From the human T2T-CHM13v2.0 reference genome, Homo sapiens: a stretch of DNA of 64,000 nucleotides. Location: the NCBI RefSeq assembly GCF_009914755.1, contig NC_060935.1. The stretch is one strand, 5' to 3'. The translations under genes and the position numbers were made by a program. Below are positions 1 to 14,884 of the stretch, one piece after another; position 1 is the stretch's first letter; every line of letters begins with the position of its first letter. Below the pieces are notes generated by a model. It worked only from the letters and a program-made list of their open reading frames with translations. It was not told where the DNA came from and ran no database searches.

Positions 1-1306
1 TTCCCTGAGTCTACATTTATTCCCTAACTTGCTTTGTACTTTATATGGTGATTTGACTGAATTCTTATCAATGACAGGGTAACAGAAGTAAGGCACACTA
101 TCTTTTAGACCTGGTTCACAAACCCTTCTACAAACAAGCCAATAAGATGGCTTATAAAATTAATAAAATAATTATCTCAATAGTTTCAATGATTCATAAT
201 TTTAGTCAGTTTCTTGGTACTCAAATATCTGGATTATGAATAGTGAAGTAGTCAATAAAATAGGAAATCTAAATAACTCCATATAGACTGTCTCGTTCAG
301 GATTTCAAATTAACATAAGAAAAATCCGATGACTTTTTATGAGATTGCTCATGAATGACACTTTTTATAGGAAAGAAGTGTGAATGAGCAAGTAGGAAAT
401 CTGACTTGGGTCAACTGTGGAAGATCTTCAATGTTTGATTTAAACTCCTTGAATCCCATTTTTTTCTTCTATAAAAAGGAATACACATATTAAAATTTTA
501 TGACATTTTGAGGATTTATTAAAATGTGGAAATCATCTAGCATACTTTGTAGTTCAGAACGGCCACTAAATAAAGTCAGTTCCCTCAGCTAAATATACGG
601 CTTTCTCAGTATGAGGATGATAATTTAATGCGGATTTTTTTATTGGGATGATTTAAACTGAATCATTCAAAGTCACCTTGATTTCTCTATTCCTATTGGC
701 AAATACTTTCATAAATGACTATCTGGAATTAAAATTGCAGTCTATAAAATAGAAGTCCTCTTTATTGGAAGGAAACGGCTTTATTTGCAATATGCTTTAA
801 AAAATCACACTAGAATGCTTTACTTGCTTTACTTTAAAGTGTAAGTACTTCTTTGGCTAGCACCATAAATAGAATTTTAAATGAAAAATTTTGGTGAAGT
901 TGAAATGAATTACATTTTACACAGCATGCTTTTAATACAATGTGGGTTTAAAAACCCTTGGGTAAAAGTTATGTCTCCCGTGTCTTATCTAGTGCTAAGT
1001 ACATTGTCAACAATCTCAATTGATGATAACAATAATTCAAAGGCATTTACAGTTTAATCAAAATTCAGAGATTCTTTTATTCATTTTGCAGTTGTCAGAT
1101 TGAATAAAATGTAGGTAAAGCTACAAGTTGGCAATTTTTTTCTACTTATTAAAACATATTTCATGCATAAAAAGATTCTTTCAATTACTTTTTTATGGTT
1201 TAGATATGAGCTGTGTGAACTAAAGAATGAAAACTAACATTATTTTCCAATATTTAAGGGAAACAAAACATATGCTACTTAAGAGTCAATCCTTCCCACA
1301 GCTTTT

Positions 1307-1631
1307 TTTGTTTGCTTGTTTTGTTTTAACTGTAAGTTCTGGGATACATGTGCTGAACGCGCAGGTTTGTAACATAGGTATACATGTGCCATGGTGGTTT
1401 GCTGCACCTATCAACCCATCATCTAGGTTTTAAGCTCCACATGCATTAGGTATTTGTCTTAATGCTCTCCCTTCCCTTTCTCCCAACCCCCTGACAGGCC
1501 CCAGTGTGTGATGCTCCCCTCTCTGTATCCATGCATTCTCATTGTTCAATTTCCACTTATGAGTGAGAACAGGCAACCTACTTAATGGGAGAAAATTTTT
1601 GCAATCTATCTATCTGACAAAGGTCTAATAG
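1307..1631 (-). mobile_element. L1PA8-like 3' end with 5' inversion (twin-priming structure)
   Basis: T-rich tail, then reverse-complement L1 3' UTR (gggatacatgtgc...ggttttaagctccacatgcattagg...gagtgagaac) to 1570, then a forward ORF2 piece aggcaacctac...tgacaaaggtctaata. Candidate TSD ccacagctttt 1296-1306 / ccacatctttt 1632-1642. Confidence 0.85.
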
Positions 1632-1913
1632 CCACATCTTTTATACTGATGATCCCTCCAGCTTGTAACCAGGCATCCTGCCACTGAGAGTAGATTACAT
1701 TAGCCTCAAATATCACAAACACCCTCTAAATGTGATCCCCCTTTTATTTTTCCATTCTGTACAAATCTGTCATTCATAATTATGCGAACATCTTTGGCAA
1801 TCTCTATTTTTAATCAGGACAACACTGTTGCTTAATGTATTCTCAAAATTACTTCTCATTGTGCGAAATTCAAGTTTTATGCTCTCTAAACATGTATCTC
1901 TCAAGTTTCTAGT

Positions 1914-2425
1914 TGTAGAAGGCAGAATTTTGTTTTCCTTCTTCCTCCATACCAAGTAATTTCTGTTCCTTCTTGTTACTTCCATGGTTGTGTTTTTTTC
2001 TTCACATGGCAAAAAGGACTTTGTGTATGCAGTTAAAATTACTCATCAACTGACTTTAAAATAGGGAGATGATCTTGCATTATCTGGGTTACCTCACTGT
2101 ATTCACAGAAATCCTTAAAAGGCAAAATGGGCAGTCAGAGAGGTTCAGTGCCCAAGAAAGACTCAACAGGACTATGTTGATTGGAAGATGGAGAGAGCCA
2201 TGTGAAAAGCATGAGAACTGAGATATGCCAATTAGCAGTGGGCCTACAAGCCTACTCCCCAGATCAGAACTGCAGCCCAGCAGCACCTTTATTTCAGCCT
2301 TGTGGGATGCTGAGCAGAGAATCTAGCCACTCTGTTGCACTTCCGACCTACAGAACCATGAGATACTAAACAGGTGCTATTTTACGCTGCTAAGTCTTTG
2401 GTAATAGGAATAAAAAACTAACACA
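1914..2425 (+). mobile_element. MaLR solo LTR, MLT1E-like
   Basis: tgtagaaggcagaatt start, catggcaaaaaggactttg and gacctacagaaccatgagata motifs, aactaacaca end. Confidence 0.8.
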
Positions 2426-3844
2426 TTTGTGTTGTATGAGATAGTGGACATGCCTATACCTTATTAACATCCTTGATTCTAGTGTAGACTTTGGATACAT
2501 AGCCTGTCTTTCAGTCTGGCTGAAAATCTCATGGTGTCCTGAAGTGCCCTGCATGACCTTCTTTTGATTTTATCCATGGCCATTTTGATTATTTAATGAG
2601 AGTTGTGTGCAACATCATACATGCATATGCACCACTAATGTACACATTCACTCTGAGAGCTATTTTTTCACCATGATACCATATTGGACTAGTTTCTGTA
2701 TATAGGAAACAGACTACACCATAGGCTGCACTAATCTTCTAAAGGTAATACTTGCTCCTTAGGAGAATTTTTTTAAGGAATAAAAGAACAACACTAAGGC
2801 ACATAAATCTACTGAGAATGTGGATCATAGTAACTGATGTCAGCCAATCAATTATATAGTTCATATTCAATGTCATTAATCTCTTGGACATGACAAATCT
2901 TGGTAGCAGAAGGGAATAAGTTCCAGATAATACACTTTTGAAGTAATGAATAACCCTCCCTGTGCAGTACTTTAATGACTCTCTTTGTCAGATTTAAGAT
3001 TTTATTATTAACATTAGAAAATGGAAGCCCAAAAAGATACAGTTGCAAATCAATTTCACTGTTCCTTCATAACGAGTCCCTAATTGACCTCAATTTCTGA
3101 TATAGTTCCAAATTTCCTGGCATACTTAATTTTAATGATATGTACAGGAGAAATTAGTAACTGGGCATAAAGAAATTTATTAAACTATCTATTTTTATGT
3201 AGTTTAATAGATGAAATATAAATCATCACCACATTCATATGATGGTAAAGAGTGTATTTATGTCTTTTTACAGGTTAAAGGATGATCACTTTCTTAAATT
3301 AGTGTTTCACTTATCTCATTAAAAACACATGATAGGAATAACCTCAAATGCTAATATTCATTATATAAGGACCCATGATAGAAAATTTACATTCAATTGT
3401 TTTTAATGGCTAATAAAATTATGTTGCTGTTTTTTATCTTAAATGGACTCTGCTTGCCATTAAGAAAGTCCATTAAGAAAATATGAATTAAAAATATAAT
3501 TGACTCTAAAATGGCCAGATCCCTGACATATTACATTTGACATACAAGAAAGCAAACATTTTTACCCCAAAGGATCACTGCATGTTAGCATATGTGTACT
3601 TACAATTAATATTTTTAATTATAATATTCTGACAATATTGAAAATTGAGTATTGTTAGAATGATGGAGTACTGCATGTCTGAGGACCATATCTGTGCTTT
3701 ACTCTTTCTGAAATAGATCTGCTTTGTTCAAATTCATTTATAACTTAAGACTATAAATAAATCATGTTTATAGTTAGGATACAGCATCTTATTTTTTTTT
3801 TCTACAATGATTTAGTGGTAATCGGGCAGTCATTGCTGTCAGAC

Positions 3845-4040
3845 AAACCTAAACTCTAAACTTTGCTAGCTGTCAAACTTGAAAAGATAACTTGAACTTT
3901 CTGTATATCAGTTTCCTCATCTGAAAATGATAAGATATTCTTACTTTGAAGAACTGTGAATACAATTTGAGATAATTTATGCAAACTGCATAGTACAATG
4001 CTTGGTACCTAGCACATAGATAAAATTCAATAAATATAGT
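3845..4040 (+). mobile_element. MIR SINE fragment
   Basis: MIR core tcagtttcctcatctgaaaatg followed by gagataat...tagtacaatgcttggtacctag...caataaat. Confidence 0.75.
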
Positions 4041-4744
4041 TAATGTGATAATGAAGATGATGATGACAGTAGTGGTGATGACTATGATGATAACTACAAT
4101 AAATTTTGTTTGCTTTCATTCCCATCTCTCTATTTTATTTCATTTGTTCGTTACACAATTTGAAAGTGGAAGCATTTCCCAAGCATGAATTTTATGTCAA
4201 GTATTATGTTAGGTGTTGGGCATATAATATCTAATAAAACATTATCTTTGCTAAGAAGAAATACTAGTAGCTTTCCATAAAAATATTACCAGATTTATAT
4301 AAACCTATAATAAAATTTCCAAGCTCTGTTTTATATTTTACATTGTAATTACTATTTTGTCATTTCCACATTAAATATTTTATATCCTTAACTGAAATAT
4401 CAACTCTTGATGACCAGGATCTTTCACATGTAATGGGTAATAGATAAACGGTTAACGATTAAGAAAGTAAGTGAATTGGTGTAATAAATAAATGACTTCA
4501 GATGGATAAAATGAAACTTTGTTCCCCTTATTCTCTTTACCATATTAAATACTCAAGCTTCAAAAACAATAACCCACTCAGTACTTTCAGAACTTTCTTT
4601 TTCACATCTTAGGCTACGTGTATACGAATTTCTGTGCTTAGAGATCTTTTCATTACTGATCTTTTTTTTTTATATTCCCCACCTATGCTCCCACCCCATT
4701 CCACCTCTGTATTAACTTCTACATCCTCTGTACATCAGAACATC

Positions 4745-5010
4745 TTATTCATTTGGTAAGTATTTCTCACCCTCTCTGTGCCAGGCACTGTAAAAGGAAA
4801 GCTGCCTACAGTAGTGAACAAAACAGACAGAATTTCATCCTGCACTGCGATCACCAACAGAATGTCAGAAGAGTTATCAGACAACAATTTACACAAATAT
4901 TTAATGAAATACAGTTGCCCAGTGAGCTACAAAGTACAGGGTGCTCTAAAAGTGGATGGCTGGAGGACTTAACCTTGTCTGATATATTCGCCAAGTTTCC
5001 AGAGGGAGTG
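4745..5010 (-). mobile_element. L2 3' fragment
   Basis: attcatttggtaagtattt...tgtgccaggcactg...acagacagaatttc, typical reverse-complement L2 3' end; boundaries approximate. Confidence 0.6.
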
Positions 5011-5681
5011 ACTCTAAGGCCGAGATCCCAGGAAGTAGCAATGGGCACATTTTGTAGGGCTTTGGGCCACGGGAAGCCCCCTGAAAGGTTTCACATCACA
5101 AGTTACACATTGGTTTCCTAAGGGTTTTCTTGGGAAATTTGTTCCAATTTTCTGGTAAACTCCTTAATCCACGCCTTGGCCTTATGTTTCTTCAGATTTA
5201 TATTGTCCCACACAATGACCAATGGGTAGCGGGTCATTGGATATCCAAGAAATGTTCATTTTATGAGGAAGCAGAAACGTCTGACCACACAACTCGCTAG
5301 TTGTCAAACTTTGCATGTAAATTTTCAGGAATGCAAAGGCCACAGTGGTTCTTTCCTCAGCAACTTCAAACTTAGCTATAAGTACCTAACTGGCAGTGGT
5401 GTGGATTGCCGTAAATAATGAAGGATTCTCTCCTACATTATCCTACCTCAAACTCAAAATATTAGTTGTTTTGTAACTAGATTTGTCCACTAGCAACAGC
5501 CAGAAGAAGAATTAAAAGAGGAATGATAATTGAACTTCTACTCTTATAGCAGGCACTTTGTTATCCCCTCTGCCAAGAAATATTGTCCAAAATGCAGAAT
5601 TCGGGCAAAATAGAGTAAAATGTGCACTTTTTCATTGGATTCTGGTGTATTATTAAACCAATTTTATTTAATTCTCTAAGA

Positions 5682-6511
<830 letters not shown>

Positions 6512-6867
6512 TCATCTTACTTTGCTATTTGATTGGAACCCGGATACTGTGTAGCTACATGTTAACTTGCAAATTTGTGGTGTCAAATAGAAACATCTCT
6601 CCTCCTAAAAAAAAAAAAAGGGTAACTCAAGTGTATTATACTTTTATTGTCCTGTATGATATTAACTAGTTTTGCATATAACCTGAAAATCTTATTGTAA
6701 TATTAGTAATGATTGTTTATTAAGACAAAATTCTTGTAAATGCACAGCTCAACTGCTCTTGGTACTTTGGTACTAGTTTTATAGTCTTTCTGGTGTTCCT
6801 ATTAATTATTTAATAAATTGGTGACACATGGTCATTCTATATTTGTATGGGAGTCTTGTATGAAAGT

Positions 6868-7363
6868 CTTTTATATGCTTTATTGAGGGTATAATTGACA
6901 AAAAATAGATATATTCAAAGTGTATGATGTGATGTTTTAATATACAGAAATACTGTGAAATGATTGCTACAATCAAGCTAACTGGCATACCTTTCACCTC
7001 ACATAGTTAACTTTGTGTGTGTGTGATGAGAATATTTAAGATTTTGTCTCTTTGCGAATTTCAAGTATACATTATTAACTATAGTCACCATGCCATACAT
7101 TAGTTCTCTAAAACTTAACTTGTCATATAACTGCAAGTTTGTATAAGTTGACCATCTCCCATTTTCCCTATCTCCAGCTCCTTCCAACCACCATTCTGCT
7201 CTCTGTGTCCATAAATTTTAGTTTCTTATATTTCGCATTGTAAGTGAGATCATGTAGTATACGTCCTTCTGTGTTTGGCTTGTTTCACTGAGCATAATGT
7301 CTTGTAAGTTCATTCACATTATCATAAATGACAGGACTTCCTTTTTAATGCTGAATAATATCC

Positions 7364-7404
<41 letters not shown>

Positions 7405-7566
7405 TTATAGCTCACATTTTCTTTATCCATTCATCTATGAACACTTAGGTTGTTTCCATATCTTGGCTATTATGATTAATGGTGCAATAAAACACAAGAG
7501 TGCAGCTATCTCTTCAACATACTGATTTTATTCACTCAAGATGTGTATCTAGAAGTAGGATTGCAG
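6868..7566 (-). mobile_element. L1MA9/L1MA10-like 3' end
   Basis: ctttattgagggtataattgaca...tcacctcacatagtt...attattaactatagtcaccatg...taagtgagatcatg; contains a (TG)n tract. Confidence 0.85.
7367..7404. repeat. (TG)n microsatellite
   Basis: About 19 TG units with one interruption. Confidence 0.95.
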
Positions 7567-7603
7567 GAGAGCCCTGTTTTTAGCTATTTAAAAATTCTAT
7601 TTT

Positions 7604-7893
7604 GGCCAGGTGTGGTGGTTCACAACTGTAATCCCAGAACTTAGGGAGACTGAAGCAGGTGGATTGCTTGAGCCCAGGAGTTTGAGACCAGCCTGGGCAA
7701 CATGGTGAAACCCCATCTCTACAAAAGAATATGAGAATTAGCTGGGAGTGGTGGTATGCACCTGTAGTCCCAGCTGCTCTGGAGGCTGAGTTGGGAGGAT
7801 GGCTTAAGCCCAGGAGGCAGAGGTTGCAGTGAGCTGAGATATGCCACTGCACTCCAGCCTCAGCAATAGAGCCAGAACTTTCTCAAATTAAAA
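7604..7893 (+). mobile_element. AluJ (AluJb-like)
   Basis: gattgcttgagcccaggagtttgagaccagcctgggcaac and gggaggatggcttaagccc J-type diagnostics. Confidence 0.9.
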
Positions 7894-9689
7894 GATGTAT
7901 ATATATAATTTATACATATAAAAATAATATATATTTTTAATATATAAAAATTACTTTAAAATAATTATATAAATAATATATTTACCTCAGCAACTCCCAT
8001 CAATAACTTAGCATATTATTATTTTCATTTTATAGATAAGGAAATTAAGATTCTGAAAGTGTAAGTGACTTTTCTAAGATCAGAGAGCTCAGTGATGTTA
8101 GCCCTACATGATTTCTCTGGTCTTTTTCTGGTACCATCTTTCTAGCCTTTCCCTGTGCTGGACTCATGGAAATCTCCTAATTTGTATAACCTTTCCTATC
8201 TCACAGGCTGAAACACAGTGAGGAAAATACTGTAAACATTCTTTTCATACCAGTATCCCTAAAGGGGAGATCTTGTAGATACGTTTCACCAAGCATTCTA
8301 TGATTTCAGCACAAATTGAGAAAAATCAATTTTGTGTTTTTGAGGGAGGTTCCCAGAATCAATCTTTTCCTTGTCATGAAACAGTTTATTGTGGTTTCTT
8401 AATATTAAACTATCTATTCTAGATGAAAAATGCAAAGACGAGATGACAAAGTATTAAACTAACACATTTAGAGATGCCTGAGGCTGAAATCTGGACTAAA
8501 TAGATTTAGCAAACCTTGATGAAACATGAGAAAATCAAATGTAGAAGCAGTAGAGGTGGTAAAAAAAAAAAAAAAAAAAGGTCTAGGCATCTATTATCTT
8601 CCTTAGGGGCCTTAGGCCTGAATTAATACTGACTGTCATGAATTAAAGTTGGCAATGGACTAGAGACATAAAAAGTCTTTTTTATTTTATTTTATTTTTG
8701 CAGTATTGTTATTAGGGGAACTAGAAGAAATATAAATGTTCTTCTGCAGGAAAGAATCCTAAGAGAGCAAAGACCTGACACTTTAAAAATGATCGAGCCA
8801 TTTTTGTGTAACTGCTTTCATATTTTATAGAAGCAAGTATGAAATGAAGTTTCTAAGTATTGGAAGGCACTTGTTCTTATCCTTTGTTGTGTGATGGAAG
8901 AAGACACTGTTATATACATAGGAGGGAACGGTTGAAAGGAGTCATTGGTGGGATTTTGTAGTGAAGAATAGTAACCTCTGTTTGGAGTTGGTTTCCAAAT
9001 GTAGGACATTTCTACAAATACAAATTTTGGGACCTCACCCTGACTTACTAATCAGAGTCTCCTGAAAATAAGAATGGAACAAGTACTAAAATCAAAAGAA
9101 ATGTAACCAGTCCATAGGAATAGCAAAGCAAATCAAAAGCAATCAGCCAACCAAACACAAACCAAGCTACTTATAACAGCAAACTTGCCAAGTCTGTATT
9201 AACTAGGTTCAGTCTCAAAGCAGCCTAAAACCCTGGTGTGGCACAATTCTGAGGCAGATTGCAGGACATGTTTTACTAAAGAGCAGTGCTTATAAATAAA
9301 AATAAATGACTCAATAAATTGAGGGATATTCAGAACTATTTCCTTAATAATGTCCAGAGCACCCTTTATCAGAAGAAAAAGGACTAGAGTTATGAAAAGA
9401 GGTGTGATAAATGCACATCTATTTGTAACTTGGCTCGTTATGCCATGCCTTATGCTGGTAAGCTCAGAAGACTGTTATGTAAGCAGCATACACCTTTGTT
9501 GTTGAGGATAAAGAAAATGTGAATGGTTACTATTGGGTTTCAGGAAATAGTAATTAAAAAAATAAGAAAGATAGAAAAAAAAAAACACAAGAGGAAAGAA
9601 AGAAAATCTCCCCCACCTCCCCGAACCTTAGAACTTTTAAAAAGTCTCTGATTTCTTCGGAGGCGGTGGAAAACTGGAAGAAGTGAGGG

Positions 9690-9880
9690 TAGAATCAGAT
9701 CCTATATCTAACATTACCTGTGTGAGCTTGAGTAAGTTAGCCAAACTTTCAGAACTTCAATTTATTTAGTTACAAAATGGAGAAAATATGATTGCTATAG
9801 TTATTAAATGAGGTCATGTAATAAAGCATCTAAAATGGTGTCAATCATTCATAGGCATTCAAAATTGGGAGCTATTATTT
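9690..9880 (+). mobile_element. MIR fragment
   Basis: ctgtgtgagcttgagtaagtta...acaaaatggaga...ttaaatgagg. Confidence 0.6.
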
Positions 9881-10869
9881 GCTGCTATTTGCACAGTTCA
9901 TACTCATATCAGATGTATTATAAAGGAATAACCTATTTTTATGCTGTTTAGGCATTTTCACTGAAATATACATATAGATAGGTAGACGGACAGACAGACA
10001 GTCTCACCAATCAACGTATAGCTCAGGAAGTGCCAGCAAGCAAACTGGTCAGATAGTAGGCACTGCCCTATTTAGGCACTCATGTTCACATGTAAACTTC
10101 CTCCTTTGAACTATATGTTTTTAGGTACACATTGTTTTTATTCTATGTCGTTGAACTATCTGTGTTGGAAATCATCAATATTCTAATTTTTACATTTTTG
10201 GTAATATTTTTAAATTCCCTTGGATCAAAATATTCTTCACACACAATTCATTTTGTAGCCATAGGTAAATATTTAAAAGTTTAACTAATTAATTTTGACT
10301 TCATCCTTTCAGTTGCTGCTCTAGTGTACATTAAATATTCTATGATCCTTTATATTGTATGTTGTAGACACAATGATAAATTTGAACTCTGCAGCTAAAA
10401 GTTATTTGAAGGTGAAGTTTTACCCTCTTTATGTGCCAATCTAAATGAGAAGACTAACCAGTCAACTGTTAGAAGGAGGACCATTTCAGAGGAAAAACCC
10501 CAGGTTAACCCTAGCTCCAATTCCAGTTATACCGCTTTTTGGTTGTGTGACCTTAGACTAATGATTTGTTCACTGAGTTCCCAATTCTATACCTATAAAA
10601 TGAACCTGGCTATATCTACAGTTCAAGTTTTCTGTGAAAAGTAATAAAATAATGACTGTAGAACTCAAAAACATGATAGATTACTCAAATTATAATTTCA
10701 TCTCTCTTTTAAAAATATTTAGAAAATACTATTACCATAATGCTTAGTATGTATTGAGTATTTACTGTGTCAGGCATCTGGGTAATCACTTTGCAAAGTA
10801 CTCTTAGGTATTTAGAATGTCAAAATGTTAAGGGCATGAGGACCCAGACACAAATCATGTCTGGTTTTA

Positions 10870-11170
10870 CATTAAGCACACAGGCACTGGAACCAGACTG
10901 CTTGGATTTGTATCCCAGATCTGCCCCTTAAAAGCCTAGAGCCTTTGAACAAGTTATGTAACCTCTGTGATACGAATTCCTCACATATCAATTGAAAATT
11001 ATAAATTGCCTCTCTCATAGTATTGCTGAAAGCATTTAATAAATTAATGCATAAAAAGTGTTAAGAACATGTACCCTAAATCTTAAAGTATCATAAAAAA
11101 TAAAATAAAATAAAATTTAAAAAAAGAATATTGCCTAACACATATGCAGTATTCAACAGTTCTGGCTATT
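10870..11170 (+). mobile_element. MIR, interrupted by a tiny L1 tip
   Basis: ctggaaccagactgcttggatttgtatcccagatctgcc...aagttatgtaacctctgtg...tgcctaacacata. Confidence 0.75.
11071..11123 (+). mobile_element. Extremely 5'-truncated L1PA (about 25 nt plus A tail)
   Basis: (cat)gtaccctaaatcttaaagtatcataaaa is the L1PA terminus; TSD aagaacat 11063-11070 / aagaatat 11124-11131. Confidence 0.75.
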
Positions 11171-12029
11171 AGAGTCATTAGCTATTGTTATTTTCTAACA
11201 AAGACAATAGTCAAAACATCTAATGACTCTCTTTAGATGATTTTCAAAGTGCTGGAGTCTCTTATTCTGAGCAACACCAAAGGTTACAGCCTCCATATTG
11301 TCAGATTGAAATTGTATGAAAAGCTCAATAAAGTAGCTAACAGCTCTAAAGTCAGGGATCTCAGATTCAGCATTTCTAGATCCAATTTCAAATCATGGCA
11401 TTTTATGTATTTTTAAGCACCTGGTCACACCTAACTCACTGAGGTAAACTCCTTAGAGGACAAGGGCTGTAGTTTTTACTTGTCTTGCAAAGTGCTACAA
11501 AATCTTGATTGTTGGCAAGAGCTCATTCTCTAGAAATTGATGGGGTGGCTGAGGTAAGACTTTAAGTAATTTAGATGGAGCATTTTAAAATCCATTTAAA
11601 AGCTATTTAGGGAAGTATGAGTCTGAAGTCAAAGTTGAAGCTGAAAAGTCCTATGAGGCCTGCAGGGGGAGAGCCACAATTGATAAAGGCCATTATCTTA
11701 AATAAGTTCAGAACATCGTGAGCCTGACTGAGTATTTTAATCCTTGTCTGGCAGGATTAAAAGGCACACAGCACAAGACAAAGGGCCCAAGGCTCATAGG
11801 GCTTCAGAAGGAGAGAGCAGCTTTAAAACTCCTCTGCCAAGAAGTCTCTCCATGCACAGCAATTCTCTCCTTCCCCTTTTCTCACCCTTCCTACCCTCCC
11901 CTCTCCAGTCCTGATCCCATACTTATCCACTACCCTGCATTGTTCTAGCCTGGCAAAGGTTTGGCCTGTCAAGATTCAATGAGAATATTGTCTGCTCTAT
12001 AAAGCCTTCCAGACTTTTTCCTAGCTCTC

Positions 12030-12216
12030 ACCATTGCTTCGCAATTGTGGCTGTACATTAAAATCATCTGCGACAATTTCACATATGTAGAATTTAGCCC
12101 CCAATATTTGGATTTAATTGGCCTAGAGTGGGACACTGGCGATGGATCTTTTTTTTTTTTTTTTTTTTTTGAAGGTTTCTAGTTGGTTCTGATATGCAGG
12201 TAGTCAGGCACCACTT
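12030..12216. mobile_element. MER5A-like hAT MITE containing a poly-T run
   Basis: ggctgtacattaaaatcatctg...gatttaattggcctagagtggg...ggttctgatatgcag. Confidence 0.65.
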
Positions 12217-12412
12217 AGGAATGATTACTATCTCCTTTGCAGCCTAGCTTTTCTTTGTAATACTGCTGGGCTGATGAGTCTCTGCCCTTTGTTTTGCAAA
12301 ACAACTACACTATGAGCACTCTGAGTTCAGAGGCCTCTCTCCTTTTTCTCTGCTCTGTATCTGACCTAAATTTCATGCTTAATAAAAAGAATTCCTTGAA
12401 AATGGGAATTAA

Positions 12413-12735
<323 letters not shown>

Positions 12736-13074
12736 TTAATCTTCAGTTACTTTTTCATTACTTATATTTTTAATTCTTACATTCTAGCATCTATTGATTG
12801 ATTAATCCTTTCAGCCGTTAATTTACTGATGCATATATTCACCAATAATATACATCATATATTACGCAAATGATGCATGAATGACTACATAAATAGTTAT
12901 TTATATTAATTAAAGTCAGATGGCACATTTAAGAAAAGGTACTAATAAGTAGACATAAAGGAGGACTTATCACAACAGTTTATGATTTATACACACCGAC
13001 AGAAGTACACACATATACTGAAATGTACATAGCCTATATGCATGCACATATATGCATTGACATATTTCAAGATA

Positions 13075-13290
13075 CAGCTTACTGGTTAAAAACACAGACA
13101 CTTGAAAGCAGACTGCCTGAGTTGGTCCCCAGCTCCACCAGGTACCGCCTATTCCACTTACTTATCTGTGTTTCAGTTTCTTAAATTATAAAGTGAGGAT
13201 AATAATAATAGTTACCTCATGGGAATATTGTAAAGATGAAATGTATTGATTTATATAAAGCAAGAGTAAGCACTATACAAATGTTAGCCA
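13075..13290 (+). mobile_element. MIR
   Basis: ggttaaaaacacagac...cagactgcctgagtt...tcagtttcttaaattataaagtgaggataataatagttacctcat. Confidence 0.75.
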
Positions 13291-14884
13291 TCATCATCAT
13301 CATTATTATTATTAACAGTTTCTCCTTGCTATTTTGTACATCCTTATACAATACTTCAGGACTAGCTAAGTCAGGCTGGGACAGATTGACTGCTCTCACA
13401 TCTATTACATCACCAACATGTCAGAATCACAGAGAGAGTTCTAAATGATGGGCCTGCCATTTTTCCACAGTGAATTGCTTGAATATTTCTGTGGAATACC
13501 TGCTGGCATGAAAAAATAAAAAGGTAAAAGAAAAATGTGTCTTGTCAACCTGAAATCCTCCAACCATTTGAAATAATTGCTATGAATTAATATGTTGTCT
13601 TCTCCAAATAGCAGTTAACATCTGTGCTTCAGACAGATGTTCACCATTTCTAATATAACTCTTCCCCAATTATCCACATATGTTTTATTCTATTTGTGTA
13701 TTCTATATAGCAAATTTCCACACAAGTGTGAGATTTTTTTTTTCCCTGGTACTACTTCACAGTCAGGGAATCTACATAAAACTTATTGTTATTTAACAGA
13801 AAAACAGCAACAAAAAAAAATACTAAGAGAAAATAAGCATTACATATTATAGCATGTGTTATGTAACCTTTTATATAATATAAAGTATACATATTACATC
13901 TGAGTGGATACAAATCTTATGGGGATCATTAAGAAATAAATAATTTATATATAATGTATTTACACAATAGGAACTCTTTCTTTTGCTTAATGGTCTGTTT
14001 TGACTCTCAAGAGCTGTTATTTCATGAAGCCCTCTTGACAATTAGTCGAAGACTCATTCCTCAAACATCAGGAAAATTTTCAAATTTGATACTAACTTTC
14101 ATTATACAGTCTTGAAATTGTCTGTTAGATCTTATGTCAGTAGCAGAATGTCAACAAATCTCAGTAAATAAATATCTTTCTTCTTTCTTAGTATAATCCT
14201 AATCTTCACTGGAAAGTGTTCACACATACTATAAAAATTTTGCTTACTTATATTCTGCCTCTGGGTTGATGACATAATCATTTAGGAAAGAATATGATGC
14301 AACAAAATATGAGAATCCGTTATTTCTTAATTTTGTACCTTAATTGATAGAAAATTCCTCCGCTAAATTATCTTGATGCACTACTTTGTGACCCAAGGTT
14401 AGGAAAATTATTTCTGTTAGATACAATGTTTTCATCATTAAAATATGATTATATCTCAAAGAATAGTCTCCAGTTTTCTGTTCCTGTGTCAACAGGACAA
14501 TCCTGGGTTCAATATAATGCCTGGAATGTGGTAGTTACTGAATAAAGATTTGCTAAAGAAACTGAAAATAAATCCTATAGGGAGAAAAAAAAAAAAAGAC
14601 TCCTCACACTGCTTGCTTTCAAAGGCTTTAGTCAGGATCAGTGACAAGTTAATGATTTTAGAGAAACCGTTAAGTTCTTTGCCAATGTAATTGGCATTTC
14701 CACCACCAATGCATCACACCAACTCTACCACCACCACTACCAATACTGTTGACGCTATAAGATGTTTCTCTATGATTATCAGTGTAAAGACTTCATCATC
14801 AAATTGAATTTGGGCTAAATGATGTTTGGCAATACTCATACATAACTAGCAAATAATAGTGAGCATATTTTTAAAGATGGTGTT

